From Octopus sinensis (Eukaryota): a stretch of DNA of 64,000 bases. Each line of letters begins with the position of its first letter. Position 1 is the first letter of the stretch. The stretch is from positions 20,398,001 to 20,462,000 of the forward strand of contig NC_043002.1 of NCBI RefSeq assembly GCF_006345805.1, given 5' to 3'. The notes under the pieces are model-generated. The model did not search any database and was not told the DNA's origin. It saw only the letters and a list, made by a program, of their open reading frames with translations. The position numbers and the translations under genes were made by a program. Positions 63,629-64,000 of the stretch are shown here, piece by piece.

Positions 63629-64000
63629 ACATAAATATACATGCACACACACACACACTCATACATATATGCATACATGTACATAGATATGCATATTTAT
63701 ATGTATATGTGCCCACACACACACATATATATATATGAATGTGTGTGTCTATAAATATAGATACATATATACACACTCATACATTCAGACATATATGAAT
63801 TACATATATAACTATCTTTTTAGGCATGTATGTAAATATAACTCTGTTTATGTGTGTATCTCTTTCTCTGTCTCTGTCTGTCTGTCTCTCTGTCTCTCTC
63901 TCCCTTTCTCTCTCTCTCTCTCTCTCTATCTATCTGTCTATCTGCACATAGATATATAACTGTGGATATTTATATCCATCCATATATATATATATAAATG

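Noticed and set aside
44928-64000. MMAB exon 6 onward
   Set aside because: No phase-1 acceptor followed by an ID....LPPL..FILP-like frame was found by eye.

Overview
AT-rich, repeat-saturated animal genomic DNA, almost certainly octopus (abundant cephalopod-type tRNA-derived SINEs, (TA)n/(CA)n/(TAA)n tracts). Recognisable host genes: a single-exon-CDS TRAPPC2/Sedlin (18003-18434, +) and the first five coding exons of MMAB (ATP:cob(I)alamin adenosyltransferase; 29381-44927, +; later exons not found in the window). A few minus-strand exon-like segments (16.3, 21.2-21.6, 26.5 kb) suggest a third, unidentified gene. Mobile DNA: a young 5'-truncated Ty3/Gypsy element (971-aa pol ORF, PPT, 417-bp 3' LTR), Tc1/mariner remnants and a MITE, a Merlin/IS1016-like remnant, piggyBac- and hAT-type MITEs, CR1, L1/Tx1 and R4/Dong LINE fragments, and at least four SINE families. 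The most unusual signal is a pair of related fold-back elements (23121-23560 and 43280-43706). Each joins a tRNA-like Pol III head to a minimal hammerhead-ribozyme motif and carries an inverted second hammerhead copy, i.e. a candidate Penelope-mobilised, ribozyme-bearing SINE/retrozyme family. Several other large palindromes are present. Most short ORFs in the track are microsatellite or SINE artefacts.
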